DNA from: Moraxella sp.
GTDB lineage: Bacteria > Pseudomonadota > Gammaproteobacteria > Pseudomonadales > Moraxellaceae
Length of the DNA: 64,000 bases
Direction: 5' to 3'
Assembly (NCBI GenBank): GCA_030525825.1
Contig: JAUNDZ010000006.1
Location: forward strand, 12,039 to 76,038
A program made the position numbers and the translations under genes. Under the pieces are notes generated by a model, which made no database searches, had not been told where the DNA came from, and saw nothing but the letters and a program-made list of their open reading frames with translations. Positions 49,051 to 59,636 of this stretch are shown here, in pieces; the first letter of the stretch is position 1, and every line of letters starts with the position of its first letter.

Positions 49051-49833
49051 TTATTTTACGATGTTTGCGTCAAAATATTTGCCCACAAGCTCGTCATATT
49101 TGCCATTTTCTTTGAGTTTGGCAAGAGCAGCGTTAAATTCGCCTTTTAATGGGTCGTCTTTGCGTAGAGCGATGGCGACGCTGTCGTTGATGTCAATTGG
49201 CTCGCCTTTGACTTCAAAGCCAGCCCCTTGCTCGGTTTTTAGCCAGTCTAGGGCAGGCACTAGGTCAGACAGCATGCCATCGACACGACCAGCAGACAGG
49301 TCAAGATAAGCGTTGTCTTGGGTGGCGTAGGCTTTGACCACAGCGTTTGGCTGATTGGCGGTTAGGTAGTCGGCTGAAACGGTGGCTTGCTGTACACCGA
49401 TGTTTTTGCCGTCAAGGGCAGCATCAGACAGTTCAACGCCTTTTTTGCCAAGCAGTACTAAGGTGTTGTTAAAGTATGAATCGCTAAAATCCACCACTTT
49501 GGCACGCTCTTCGGTTGCTGACATACCTGCCATCACAGCATCAAACTTTTTGGCATTCAAGCCAGGGATTAGGCTGTCCCAATCTTGGCTTTGGATGTCG
49601 CACTTGGCTTTCATCTCTTGGCATAGGGCGTTGGCAAGGTCAATCTCAAAGCCGACCAAGTTGCCGCTGGCATCTAGGTAGCTAAATGGCTTAAAGCTAG
49701 ATTCGGTGGCGATGCGGATTTGTTTTTCACCAGCAGGGGCGGCTGCGTCTGCTTTGGTTTCGGCAGGTTTGTCATTGCCGCAGGCAGCGATAAGAGCACT
49801 GACTGCCAATACGCTAAGTAGTTTTAGTTTCAT
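49051..49833 (-). CDS. Amino-acid ABC substrate-binding lipoprotein (family 3)
   Basis: Lipobox IAAC; ATESSFKPF, GFEIDLA, QDWDSLIP. Confidence 0.9.
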   Translation of the reverse strand: MKLKLLSVLAVSALIAACGNDKPAETKADAAAPAGEKQIRIATESSFKPFSYLDASGNLVGFEIDLANALCQEMKAKCDIQSQDWDSLIPGLNAKKFDAVMAGMSATEERAKVVDFSDSYFNNTLVLLGKKGVELSDAALDGKNIGVQQATVSADYLTANQPNAVVKAYATQDNAYLDLSAGRVDGMLSDLVPALDWLKTEQGAGFEVKGEPIDINDSVAIALRKDDPLKGEFNAALAKLKENGKYDELVGKYFDANIVK

Positions 49834-49889
49834 AATGACTCCTTAGGTCAAACATCAGCATGAGCCAAGCCATGCTGATGACGGGTGGG

Positions 49890-50669
49890 TTATTTAAAGT
49901 TGACGGCTTCAAGCTCGGCTAATTTGCCTGACTCTTTTAGTTTGGCAAGGGCTTGGTTAAAGTCGTCTTTTAGCGTGTCGCCTTTACGCACAGCGATGCC
50001 TAGGTTGTCGTTGTTGTCAATCTCATCGCCAACCAGACCAAAGCCTTCTTGCCCTTGTTTTAGCCATTCGGCAGCAGAGACTTTCTCTGCCATGACGGCA
50101 GCGTTACGACCTGCTTTTAGGTCAAGATATGAATTTAGGTAGGTGTCGTACAGCTTGACGGTATTGCCATCTTTGCCGTCATATTTTTCGGTAATGTAGG
50201 CAGCACCTGTGGTCGAACGCTGTGAGCCTAGAATTTGGTTAGTGATGTTATTTGGGTCAAAGCTGCCATCGGTTTTTGATAGCCAAACGATGGTATTAGA
50301 AAAATACGGCTCGGTAAAGTCCACTTGTTCTAGGCGTTCTGGAGTGATGGACATACCTGCGATGATGGCGTCGTATTTTTTGGCGTTCAAACCAGGGATA
50401 AGACCTTCCCAATCTTGGGCGACGATTTCGCATTTGGCGTTAATCTCGGCACACACAGCGTTAATCACATCAACATCAAAGCCAATAATCTTGCCGTCTG
50501 GGGCGGTGTCGTTGAATGGGGGGTATGCCGCTTCGGTGGCGATGGTCAGCTGACGCTGCTCGGCTGGGGCGGCTGCGTCTGCTTTGGTCTCGGTTTGGGC
50601 AGGCTTGTCTTGATTGCAAGCAGTCAGGGCAAGGGCGATGGCGGCAATGCCAGCAACTTTATAAAACAT
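49890..50669 (-). CDS. Amino-acid ABC substrate-binding lipoprotein (family 3)
   Basis: Lipobox LTAC; ATEAAYPPF, GFDVDV, QDWEGLIP. Confidence 0.9.
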   Translation of the reverse strand: MFYKVAGIAAIALALTACNQDKPAQTETKADAAAPAEQRQLTIATEAAYPPFNDTAPDGKIIGFDVDVINAVCAEINAKCEIVAQDWEGLIPGLNAKKYDAIIAGMSITPERLEQVDFTEPYFSNTIVWLSKTDGSFDPNNITNQILGSQRSTTGAAYITEKYDGKDGNTVKLYDTYLNSYLDLKAGRNAAVMAEKVSAAEWLKQGQEGFGLVGDEIDNNDNLGIAVRKGDTLKDDFNQALAKLKESGKLAELEAVNFK

Positions 50670-50702
50670 AAGATGTCCTTAAAAAAGTGAAATAAAGTGA
50701 AA

Positions 50703-51479
50703 TTAAGAACGGTGCGATGCCATGAATTCACGCACGCGTTCGGATTTTGGGTTGTCAAAGACTTCATCAGGCGTGCCAATCTCTTCGATGCGTCCTTGAT
50801 GCAAAAACACGATTTTATCCGACACTTCACGGGCAAAACGCATCTCGTGGGTAACAATCAGCATGGTACGACCTTCAGCAGCCAGCTCACGCATCACCGC
50901 AAGCACCTCATTGACCAGCTCGGGGTCTAGGGCGGAAGTCGGCTCATCGAACAGCAGTACTTGTGGCTTCATCGCCAAGGCACGAGCAATCGCCACACGC
51001 TGACGCTGACCGCCTGATAAGTTGTCTGGGTAGGCGTTTTTTTTGTCAAGTAAGCCTACCTTATCAAGCAGGCGTTCGGCTTCGGCGATGGCGTCGCTCT
51101 TAGATTGTTTTAGCACTTGGGTTGGACCTTCGATGATGTTGTCCAAGATGGTCTTGTGCGGCCATAGGTTGAAGTTTTGGAATACAAAGCCGATTTTTGA
51201 GCGTAGGCTTTCTAGCTGTCTTGGGTTTTTGGCGACCAACTCGCCTTTTTTCTCGGTCAAGACCAGCTCTTCGTTGCCAATGGTGATGCTGCCTTTGGTG
51301 GGTTTTTCTAGTAGGTTGATGCAGCGTAGCAGGGTGGATTTGCCAGAGCCTGATGAGCCTAGAATGCTGATGACATCGCCATCATAAGCGGTCAAAGAGA
51401 CGCCTTTTAGTACGGAAAGTGAGCCGTAGTTTTTGTGAATGTCTTGTAGGTCTAAGGCGATGGAGCGAGTGTCGGTCAT
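50703..51479 (-). CDS. Polar amino-acid ABC ATP-binding protein (HisP-like)
   Basis: [42 protein letters not shown]. Confidence 0.92.
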   Translation of the reverse strand: MTDTRSIALDLQDIHKNYGSLSVLKGVSLTAYDGDVISILGSSGSGKSTLLRCINLLEKPTKGSITIGNEELVLTEKKGELVAKNPRQLESLRSKIGFVFQNFNLWPHKTILDNIIEGPTQVLKQSKSDAIAEAERLLDKVGLLDKKNAYPDNLSGGQRQRVAIARALAMKPQVLLFDEPTSALDPELVNEVLAVMRELAAEGRTMLIVTHEMRFAREVSDKIVFLHQGRIEEIGTPDEVFDNPKSERVREFMASHRS

Positions 51480-51774
51480 GATGGATACTTAATGAAACGA
51501 TGTGATTGAAATGATGACGAAACTTTTTTGTGTTCGTTGGCAAAATATAACAAGTTGAATGGGATATTTTCGCCAAAACCGTGAAAAAAGGCAAATGTTT
51601 TTGGTGCTTTTGGGTGAAAATTTTTGTATCTTGATGGGATTTTGGATAAAATTTGCACAGTTTTGATGAATTTATCAAAAAATTTAGCAATTTATGGGGA
51701 TTTATGAATAATTGGCATGGAAAAATTAACGGCTGATTGCTATGATAGGACAAATTGACCGATAGGGAGTTTTT

Positions 51775-53049
51775 ATGAGCATCGAACAGTACATGAATGA
51801 AGTGGGCGAGCGTGCCAAGCGAGCATCTCGTCAGCTGGCGGCAGCGGACACTGCCACCAAGAATACCGCCCTTGCTGCCATCAAAGCAGCGATGGTGGCG
51901 GGTAAAGACACCATTTTGATCGAAAACGCCAAAGATGTGGCAAACGGCAAGGCAGGCAGGCTAGACAGTGCCTTGCTTGATCGCCTTGTCATCAATGAAA
52001 GCCGCTTTGATGGGATGCTGGCGTCGCTTGATGATGTGATTGGGCTGCCTGACCCGATTGGCGAGATGAGCGAGATGACTTATCGTCCTAGTGGCATCCA
52101 GCTGGGCAAGATGCGAGTACCGCTTGGCGTGATTGGCATGATTTATGAAAGCCGTCCGAATGTTACGGTGGAAGCGGCAAGCCTTGCCATCAAGTCGGGT
52201 AATGCCATCATCTTGCGTGGTGGTTCAGAAGCCTTTTATTCCAACCAAGCCATCGCCGACTGCGTTAAGCAAGGGCTGACGGCAGCAGGACTGCCAAGTG
52301 AAGCGGTGCAAGTGTTAGAGACGACAGACCGTGCGGCGGTGGACAGCTTGATTGGCATGACTGAGTATGTCGATGTGGTGATTCCACGGGGCGGCAGGGG
52401 GCTGATTGAGCGTATCGCTAAGGGGGCAAGAGTGCCTGTCATCAAGCACCTAGATGGCAACTGCCACACCTATGTCGATGATGTCTGCGATGTGGAGATG
52501 GCGATTAAGGTGTGTGTCAATGCCAAGACTTCTCGCTACTCGCCGTGCAATGTGATGGAGAGCTTGCTTATCCATCAAAATATTGCCAAAGATGTACTAC
52601 CAAAAATCCTAACCGCCATGCACGATGTTGATAGCAATATGGCGTTTTATGTCTGTGAGCAGGCGATGGCTATCCTACAAGGACAACCGTTAAATATAGC
52701 CCCTGCCAGTGAAGATGACTGGTATGCCGAATATCTCGCCCCAAAATTGGCGGTAAAAGTCGTCGTAAGTCTGGACGACGCCATCAGCCACATCAACCAC
52801 TACGGCAGCCATCACACCGATGTCATCATCACAAACAGCTATCCTAATAGCCAAAAGTTCATCCGTGAAGTGGATTCATCCAGCGTGATGGTCAACGCAT
52901 CTAGCCGCTTTGCTGATGGCTTTGAATATGGACTGGGGGCAGAAATCGGCATTTCAACGGACAAAATCCACGCACGGGGTCCCGTGGGGCTGCACGGCTT
53001 AACTTCCCAAAAATGGGTCGTGTTGGGGCATGGGCAGATTCGTGTTTGA
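51775..53049 (+). CDS. proA: Glutamate-5-semialdehyde dehydrogenase
   Basis: [44 protein letters not shown]. Confidence 0.96.
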   Translation: MSIEQYMNEVGERAKRASRQLAAADTATKNTALAAIKAAMVAGKDTILIENAKDVANGKAGRLDSALLDRLVINESRFDGMLASLDDVIGLPDPIGEMSEMTYRPSGIQLGKMRVPLGVIGMIYESRPNVTVEAASLAIKSGNAIILRGGSEAFYSNQAIADCVKQGLTAAGLPSEAVQVLETTDRAAVDSLIGMTEYVDVVIPRGGRGLIERIAKGARVPVIKHLDGNCHTYVDDVCDVEMAIKVCVNAKTSRYSPCNVMESLLIHQNIAKDVLPKILTAMHDVDSNMAFYVCEQAMAILQGQPLNIAPASEDDWYAEYLAPKLAVKVVVSLDDAISHINHYGSHHTDVIITNSYPNSQKFIREVDSSSVMVNASSRFADGFEYGLGAEIGISTDKIHARGPVGLHGLTSQKWVVLGHGQIRV

Positions 53050-53089
53050 TTGATGGATTTTGATAATAAAATTTGACAACAACAGATGA

Positions 53090-53119
53090 TAAAAAAGGCG
53101 ATGTTACTCGCCTTTTTTT
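53090..53119. terminator. Bidirectional terminator
   Basis: AAAAAAGGCGA-TGTTAC-TCGCCTTTTTT. Confidence 0.8.
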
Positions 53120-53143
53120 GTTGTGCGTAAGATTGCCAGACTT

Positions 53144-53794
53144 TTAATGCCCTGCATTGCTTAGCTCATCATAGCCATCGCAACCATCTGGATGACCTAG
53201 GTCGCACGCCTTAGAAAACCACTGTTTGGCGGTGCGATAGTTTTGACGCACGCCATCGCCATAATAATACAGCGAGCCGATGTTGTACATGGCTTGGCTG
53301 TTGTCTTGGGCGGCGGATTTTTGATACCACTTCATCGCTTCTTTATAGCTTTGGGGGACGCCATCGCCCGAATCATACAAAAACCCTAAGTTCAGCTGAG
53401 CATCGGCATCGCCTTGCTCGGCAGCTTTTGTGTACCATTCGGCGGCTTTTTTATAATCTTGCTTGACGCCTTGTCCGTCTTCGTACATGGTGGCAAGATT
53501 GTATTGAGCGATGGCATAGCCTTGCTCAGCAGATTTGGTGAACCAATGCAGGGCTTGGGCATCGCTTTGACGCACGCCATCGCCAGCATCGTACAGCAGT
53601 CCCAGCTCGTTTTGGGCTTCGGCATTGCCTGCTTTGGCGAGTTTTTCAAAGATTTTAAAGGCTTTGGCGTAGCTTTCGTTGTCCAGATGTGTATAAGCTG
53701 TTTCAAGCTCGGTCGCTGTATCTGCCATCGCAGGCGTGGCAATGCTTAGGGTGAATGCCAAGATGGCAGCGGATAGAGCGTGTTTGGTTGGTAT
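53144..53794 (-). CDS. Exported Sel1-repeat protein (apparent start codon ATA)
   Basis: Four SLRs (e.g. AQYNLATMYEDGQGVKQDYKKAAEWYTKAAEQG); signal peptide extends in frame to ATA at 53794 behind RBS AAGGA. Confidence 0.78.
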   Translation of the reverse strand: MPTKHALSAAILAFTLSIATPAMADTATELETAYTHLDNESYAKAFKIFEKLAKAGNAEAQNELGLLYDAGDGVRQSDAQALHWFTKSAEQGYAIAQYNLATMYEDGQGVKQDYKKAAEWYTKAAEQGDADAQLNLGFLYDSGDGVPQSYKEAMKWYQKSAAQDNSQAMYNIGSLYYYGDGVRQNYRTAKQWFSKACDLGHPDGCDGYDELSNAGH

Positions 53795-53968
53795 GGTGTA
53801 TCCTTTTTTGGCTAATGATTGGCTGTATCATATAGAATAATGATGCTTTTAACAAGATGGCGGGTGCATTTTTTTATATCTTGACTGCATTTTGATGTGT
53901 GGGTGTAAATTGTCCATAAAAAAGGACGGATTGTCCGCCCTTTTTATGTGTTTATTGACCAATATCTA

Positions 53969-55789
53969 TCAATCCAAAAACGCAAAATGCTCAATGTCCA
54001 TCTGTGTCATGACATCGCTTGGTGTGGTCATGGCACTGGCATGGGAGTCGGTGCGTGGTAGGATTTTTTCAAAGTAAAATTGAGCGGTTTGGGTCTTGGC
54101 AAGGTAAAATTCATGCGGCTGCTCGCCACCGTTTTTTATCTTGTCATAAGCAACTGCTGCCATTCTTGCCCAGTGATACGCCATCATCACATAGCCTGAG
54201 TACATCAGATAGTCGTCAGACGCTGCCGAGACGATGTCGCGGTCTTTGCGAGCGGCAAGCAGCAGGCGAGCGGTCAACATGTTCCACTCGGCACACAGCT
54301 TGGTCAATGCCCAGACATATTGACGCATGTCTTTATCTAAGGCGTATTCACCGCACCATTTCATGATGCCTGCGGTGTAGTCTCGCACCACCTTGCCACC
54401 ACCGTGCAATAGCACCTTGCGACCCAGTAGGTCAAGAGCCTGTACGCCTGTGGTGCCTTCGTACAGCGTGGCGATGCGGGCATCACGAGCGATGAGCTCC
54501 ATGCCTGTTTCTTTGATGTAGCCGTGTCCGCCGTAGATTTGTTGTCCGTGTTTGGCACACTCAATGCCAAGCTCGGTCAAAAAGCCTTTTAAGATGGGTG
54601 TATAAAAGCCTAGCTTGTCGTCCCATTTTTTAATCGCTTCTTCGTCATCTGCCGCCACCGCATTCGCCAGATGGTCAGCATAGCGTGCCGAATGATAAAT
54701 CATCGAGCGACCGCCTTCGCTGAACGCCTTTTGGATGAGCAGCATACGACGGACATCGGCATGATGGATGATGGCATCGCCTGCTTGGTCAGGTTCTTTG
54801 GTGCCTGATAAAGCTCGCATGGAGCGGCGTTCTTTGGCGTAGGGTAGGGCGTTTTGGAAGGCGAGTTCCATGTGGGCTAGACCCTGAATGCCTGTGCCGA
54901 TGCGTGCGGTGTTCATGTAAGTGAACATCGCTTTTAAGCCCTTGTTCGGCTTGCCAATCAGATAGCCTGTCGCTCCATCGAAGTTTAAGACGCAGGTCGC
55001 TGATGATGCGATGCCCATCTTGTGTTCAATAGAGCCGCACGCCACCGCATTACGCTCGCCCAGATTACCATCGGTGTCTGTTAGGAATTTTGGCACGATG
55101 AATAAGGAAATCCCCTTAGTGCCTTCTGGTGCGTCAGGCAGACGAGCTAAGACGATGTGAATGATGTTCTCGGTCAGGTCGTGTTCGCCAGCACTGATGA
55201 AAATCTTCGTGCCTGTGATGGCGTACGAGCCGTCTTCATTTGGGGTGGCACGAGTTTTCATTTGGTTTAGGTCGGTGCCTGCTTGGGCTTCGGTCAGACA
55301 CATTGTCCCAGACCACTCACCTGATATGAGCTTGGGTAGGTAGGTGGATTTTTGGGCGTCATCGCCATATTGCAAAATGGTGTTCACCGCACCGATAGAC
55401 AGCCCTGGATACATTGCCCACGGCCAGTTGGCTGTACCCATCATCTCGGATTTGATGAGATTTAAGGACATGGGCAGATTCATACCGCCAAATTCTTCTG
55501 GATAAGAAATGCCCTGCCAGCCCCCTTCAACGAACTGCTGATACGCTTCTTTAAAGCCTTTTGGTGTGGTTACTTCGCCATCTTTAAAATGACAGCCTTC
55601 GGCATCGGCATCTTGATAGATGGGAGCAAGTACATCTTGAGCAAAGTCAGCAAAACCCTGCAAAATCATCTCCACCGTCTCGGCATCGGCACCCGCTCCA
55701 TTAGGCAGGGCTTGATAGTGGGATTGGTAGTCGAATACTTCGTTCATCAAAAACTTGATGTCTCTTAAGGGGGCTTTATAAGTCAGCAT
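53969..55789 (-). CDS. Acyl-CoA dehydrogenase (long ~600-aa type)
   Basis: YKAPLRD, GTMCLTE, GTKIFIS, EHKMGI, GGHGYI, RDARIATLYEGT. Confidence 0.92.
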   Translation of the reverse strand: MLTYKAPLRDIKFLMNEVFDYQSHYQALPNGAGADAETVEMILQGFADFAQDVLAPIYQDADAEGCHFKDGEVTTPKGFKEAYQQFVEGGWQGISYPEEFGGMNLPMSLNLIKSEMMGTANWPWAMYPGLSIGAVNTILQYGDDAQKSTYLPKLISGEWSGTMCLTEAQAGTDLNQMKTRATPNEDGSYAITGTKIFISAGEHDLTENIIHIVLARLPDAPEGTKGISLFIVPKFLTDTDGNLGERNAVACGSIEHKMGIASSATCVLNFDGATGYLIGKPNKGLKAMFTYMNTARIGTGIQGLAHMELAFQNALPYAKERRSMRALSGTKEPDQAGDAIIHHADVRRMLLIQKAFSEGGRSMIYHSARYADHLANAVAADDEEAIKKWDDKLGFYTPILKGFLTELGIECAKHGQQIYGGHGYIKETGMELIARDARIATLYEGTTGVQALDLLGRKVLLHGGGKVVRDYTAGIMKWCGEYALDKDMRQYVWALTKLCAEWNMLTARLLLAARKDRDIVSAASDDYLMYSGYVMMAYHWARMAAVAYDKIKNGGEQPHEFYLAKTQTAQFYFEKILPRTDSHASAMTTPSDVMTQMDIEHFAFLD

Positions 55790-55966
55790 AATCAATCCTT
55801 TTGCTTTGGCTAAAAATTGTACAGAATCGGTAGCGATGGCAACATCAATCGTCATCGCCATGTATGCACTATACAATAGATTATCCAAAATGGCTTAACT
55901 TTTCTGCGATTATTAACTTATTTTCATAATAAATTAAGTTTTTTATAACTTAAAGTTATTAAAAAG

Positions 55967-56776
55967 CTAAGCCAAATTAACCTTATCTAGGTCAATTTTA
56001 ACTCCTGTCCACAGCTCAAAGGCAAGTTTGGCTTGGTGGATGAGCATGCCATAGCCGTCTGATGTGCGTACGCCTTGGGCGGCAAAATGTGCCAAAAATG
56101 CCGATGGCTTGCCATACATCATGTCGTAGGCGAACTGGGCTGTCAGCTTGTCAGAGAGCGTCAGGGTCTGCCCTGTGGTCGTGGCACTGGTGGCGTTGAT
56201 GATGACATCAAAGGCAAAATCGCCCACCGCCAACTCATCAAGACTATGCACGCTAATAGCCCTATAAGTAGCGAAGTCGTCTTGTAGGCTTATTGCTTTG
56301 GCTAAGGTGCGATTAAAGATGCTAAGCGTCGCCCCTTGCTCCATGAGTGGCAAAATCACGCCACGAGTTGCCCCACCCGCACCGATGATGGCGATGTTCT
56401 TTCCTTGTAAATCAATGCCTTGGCTCATCAGGTCTGACACCAGTCCACGCCCATCGGTGTTATCGCCATACAGCTTGCCATCACGCACAGTGAGTGTATT
56501 GACGGCTTTAGCGGTGGCAGCATAGTCGCTTAGTATGCCGCCATTGTCAGGGCTACACAGCTCAAAGGCGATTTCTTTAAAGGGCAAGGTAACATTCGCT
56601 CCCACACCACCGCCAGCAAAGAACGCTTCAACCACCGCACGAAAGCTGCCTGCATCATCTGGACAAAACTGGCGACGATAGCTGATGGTAAGCCCTTTGC
56701 TATTAGCGAACGCATGATGAATCTGTGGGCTTTTTGAGTGGCTGATGGGGTTGCCGATGACGATAAAATGCTGCAT
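55967..56776 (-). CDS. aroE: Shikimate dehydrogenase
   Basis: GNPISHSKSP, GANVTLPFK, AVNT, DNTDG, GAGGA, DMMY. Confidence 0.94.
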   Translation of the reverse strand: MQHFIVIGNPISHSKSPQIHHAFANSKGLTISYRRQFCPDDAGSFRAVVEAFFAGGGVGANVTLPFKEIAFELCSPDNGGILSDYAATAKAVNTLTVRDGKLYGDNTDGRGLVSDLMSQGIDLQGKNIAIIGAGGATRGVILPLMEQGATLSIFNRTLAKAISLQDDFATYRAISVHSLDELAVGDFAFDVIINATSATTTGQTLTLSDKLTAQFAYDMMYGKPSAFLAHFAAQGVRTSDGYGMLIHQAKLAFELWTGVKIDLDKVNLA

Positions 56777-56923
56777 AACAATCATCCGTAGGGTGGTTTG
56801 GTGAAATTGATGAAAAAATATGCCGTATTTTGTACTGTATTTTTGAAAAAATGGCAAGTTTTTTAAAACTTAGGTACAATACCAGTCATCTTTTATTCAT
56901 TAAAGCCATCAGTAAAATAAGTC

Positions 56924-57517
56924 ATGAGCCAAATCAGCCCACCTACCGCCAATTCACCCAAAAAATCCAAACTGCCATATTTTTTGGCGGCATTGCTCAT
57001 CGCGTTGGCGGTGGTGCTGTTTTTGACCTTTCGTCCTGTATCGTCCGATGAACAGCTCGTCCAAGATGATGGCGAGACCAAGCGATATGACCCTGTCGTC
57101 TATCAGACAGACACATGGGCAAGACTGCCCAAAGAAAATCTGGATTTTGATGGGATAAAAGCTCGGCTCGGCACGACCGCCACGAGCGAAGATTCCTTAG
57201 ATTTTTATGGCAATCACGCCACCAAGTATCGTTTTAGTAGCAAAAGCGAGCCACCGTTTTATGTTGTGCAGTCCGATGATGTGCTAGAAGTGGCGTGGTA
57301 CTATGCCGCCCCAAAGGATAATGATGCCCAAAAGGCAGCGAGTGTCGATTATGCCAAAAAAGTCTATGCAATGATGGGAGCGTATGCTGGCGAAGCAGGC
57401 GAGCGTCTGCTGGCAGACATTCTAGATCAGCCCAACAAGCCTTATGCAGGCAAGCTGTCAGGTGTGCTGACCGCTGATTGTATGAACTACCAATGTCGCA
57501 TCATCTTTGGGCGATAG
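56924..57517 (+). CDS. Membrane-anchored hypothetical protein
   Basis: Single N-terminal TM helix; 197-aa ORF abutting pabC. Confidence 0.7.
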   Translation: MSQISPPTANSPKKSKLPYFLAALLIALAVVLFLTFRPVSSDEQLVQDDGETKRYDPVVYQTDTWARLPKENLDFDGIKARLGTTATSEDSLDFYGNHATKYRFSSKSEPPFYVVQSDDVLEVAWYYAAPKDNDAQKAASVDYAKKVYAMMGAYAGEAGERLLADILDQPNKPYAGKLSGVLTADCMNYQCRIIFGR

Positions 57518-58387
57518 GTGGGCATGATGGCATACTACGAGCTTTGTGATGGTGTACTGACGAGTGCGACAGGCGTGATGGATAATCGTGCTTTGGCGTA
57601 TGGCGATGGGTTTTTTAGCACCATTGGTGTGCATGGTGGGCAGATGCTCTTTGCTGATGGGCATAGAGATAGGCTTGTCATGTCGTCTGCTCGCTTTGAG
57701 CTGGCTGTCGATGTTGATGGGGTGATGGCGGTCTTGACAGAGTTGGCTGCTCAGATGGGCGAAGGTATTTTAAAAGTCATCATCACAAGGCAAGCACAGA
57801 GCGTGCGTGGCTATGGCTACACCGATGGGCGAGCGATGATACTGATAAAGTCTGCACCATCGCCCATCTATGATGGTGTGTCTTTTTATGATGGTATTCC
57901 TTATCAGCCATCGGGTGTGGCGGTGTGCCTGTCTGAGCGACTGTCAAAGCGAACGAGCCGATTTGTAGGCTTAAAGCTCATTGGCGGTCATGAGCAGGTG
58001 TTCATCCATCGTGAATTATTATGCCATCAGCAGGGCAATGCCGCCATCAGCGAAGGCTTGGTGGCGGATACATCAGGCGAGTGGGTGAGCGGCAGCATGA
58101 GCAATGTGCTGTATCGTCTGGATAAGGCATGGTACACACCACCTGTACATCGGTGCGGCGTGGCAGGTGTGATGCGTCGCATAATGATGGAGAGATACGA
58201 CATCACCGAGCGTGTGCTGACGGATGGGGATTTGATGGGGATTGACGGCTTGGTATTTTGTAATGCGGTGCGTGGCGTAATGCCTATGACGGCACTGGTG
58301 ATGGATGGCATCACGCACGAGCTTGGGGCGAGTGATTGGCTTTACAAAACTTTGTCATCAAACGCACGCACACAAGACCAATCATGA
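57518..58387 (+). CDS. pabC: Aminodeoxychorismate lyase (class IV aminotransferase fold)
   Basis: DNRALAYGDGFFST, GLK, GVAGVMR, CNAVRG; upstream of mltG; exact start uncertain (57518-57527). Confidence 0.82.
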   Translation: MGMMAYYELCDGVLTSATGVMDNRALAYGDGFFSTIGVHGGQMLFADGHRDRLVMSSARFELAVDVDGVMAVLTELAAQMGEGILKVIITRQAQSVRGYGYTDGRAMILIKSAPSPIYDGVSFYDGIPYQPSGVAVCLSERLSKRTSRFVGLKLIGGHEQVFIHRELLCHQQGNAAISEGLVADTSGEWVSGSMSNVLYRLDKAWYTPPVHRCGVAGVMRRIMMERYDITERVLTDGDLMGIDGLVFCNAVRGVMPMTALVMDGITHELGASDWLYKTLSSNARTQDQS

Positions 58388-58472
58388 TACAATAGCCAAA
58401 ACTTCACGCTGTTTTAAGTGTTATTAGCCCTTTTAAGTCCGTAGCCAACTCGTTTGTGAGCCATTGACCGCC

Positions 58473-59591
58473 ATGACAAAACCAGCCAAAACTACCAAAA
58501 AAACCACCCCAAAAAGACCCGCTCAACGCCGACAGATCGCCAAGCCTAAAAAGGGCAAATGGCTACCGCTTATTGTCTTGCTCTTATTGGCTCTTTGGGC
58601 AGCTATAATGTACGCCAGCATTTTTGCCAAGACCGACAGACAGGCACAGACGCTGGATGTCAAAAAAGGCGACACCTATTACAGCTTGCTTGCCGATGAC
58701 AAGTGGCAAACTTCGCCCCTAGCGTCTAGTACCGCTGCCAAGCTGTACCTAAAACTTGCCGCACGCACGCCACTTCAAGAAGGCACTTATCAGATTCCTG
58801 CCAAGGCAAGCCTAAAACAGGTGCTAAGCATCTTGACACAAGGGGCAAAAGTGCAGATGGTCAAGGTACAAATCATCGAAGGCAAGACCGTCAAAGACCT
58901 GTACCACACCTTAAAAAACACCGATGGCATCACGCTTGAAATCCTAACCCCTAAGGCAGATGGCTACTCGTGGGCGGATGTACATCGTGATAATGAAGCG
59001 GTATCGCAGGCACTGGGCATCACGACAGTCAATGGTAATTTGGAAGGGTGGTTTGCCCCAAATACTTATCTGTTTGACCAAGGCACGACCGACCGTCAGA
59101 TTCTCCAAAAACTCTACGACGACCAACAAAAAACCCTGTCGGCAGCGTGGGAGAATCGCCAGCAAAATCTGCCCTATAAGAACAGCTATGAAGCACTCAT
59201 CATGGCAAGCATCATCGAAAAAGAAACAGGGCTTGCTGACGAGCGGCACAAGGTGGCGGCGGTGTTCATCAACCGTCTGCGTAAAGATATGCGACTACAA
59301 ACCGACCCAACCATCATCTATGGACTGTTTGACCGCTATGATGGCAAAATCTACCGCTCAAACATCCAAGAAAAAACCGACTACAACACCTATCAAATCG
59401 ATGGTCTGCCACCGACACCTATCGCCTTGCCGTCTAAGGCTGCCATCGAAGCCGCCATGAATCCTGAAGCGACTGATGTGCTGTTCTTTGTGGCGACTGG
59501 TAAAGGCGGTCATAAATTTAGTCGTACGCTCGATGAGCATAATCGTGCCGTTGCCGAATATCGTGCGGTCATGGCACAAAAAGGTCAGTAA
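58473..59591 (+). CDS. mltG: Endolytic transglycosylase MltG
   Basis: LEGWFAPNTY, MASIIEKET, NRL...MRLQTDPT, YNTY...GLPPTPI. Confidence 0.94.
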   Translation: MTKPAKTTKKTTPKRPAQRRQIAKPKKGKWLPLIVLLLLALWAAIMYASIFAKTDRQAQTLDVKKGDTYYSLLADDKWQTSPLASSTAAKLYLKLAARTPLQEGTYQIPAKASLKQVLSILTQGAKVQMVKVQIIEGKTVKDLYHTLKNTDGITLEILTPKADGYSWADVHRDNEAVSQALGITTVNGNLEGWFAPNTYLFDQGTTDRQILQKLYDDQQKTLSAAWENRQQNLPYKNSYEALIMASIIEKETGLADERHKVAAVFINRLRKDMRLQTDPTIIYGLFDRYDGKIYRSNIQEKTDYNTYQIDGLPPTPIALPSKAAIEAAMNPEATDVLFFVATGKGGHKFSRTLDEHNRAVAEYRAVMAQKGQ

Positions 59592-59636
59592 AAGCGATAA
59601 ACTTAAAAAATAATCAGCACCAAAAAAGGATACAGC

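Noticed and set aside
48653-50553. Long antisense ORFs over the SBP genes (and similar ones over rapZ, pcnB, plsB)
   Set aside because: Typical antisense shadows of codon-biased genes, with no independent coding signals
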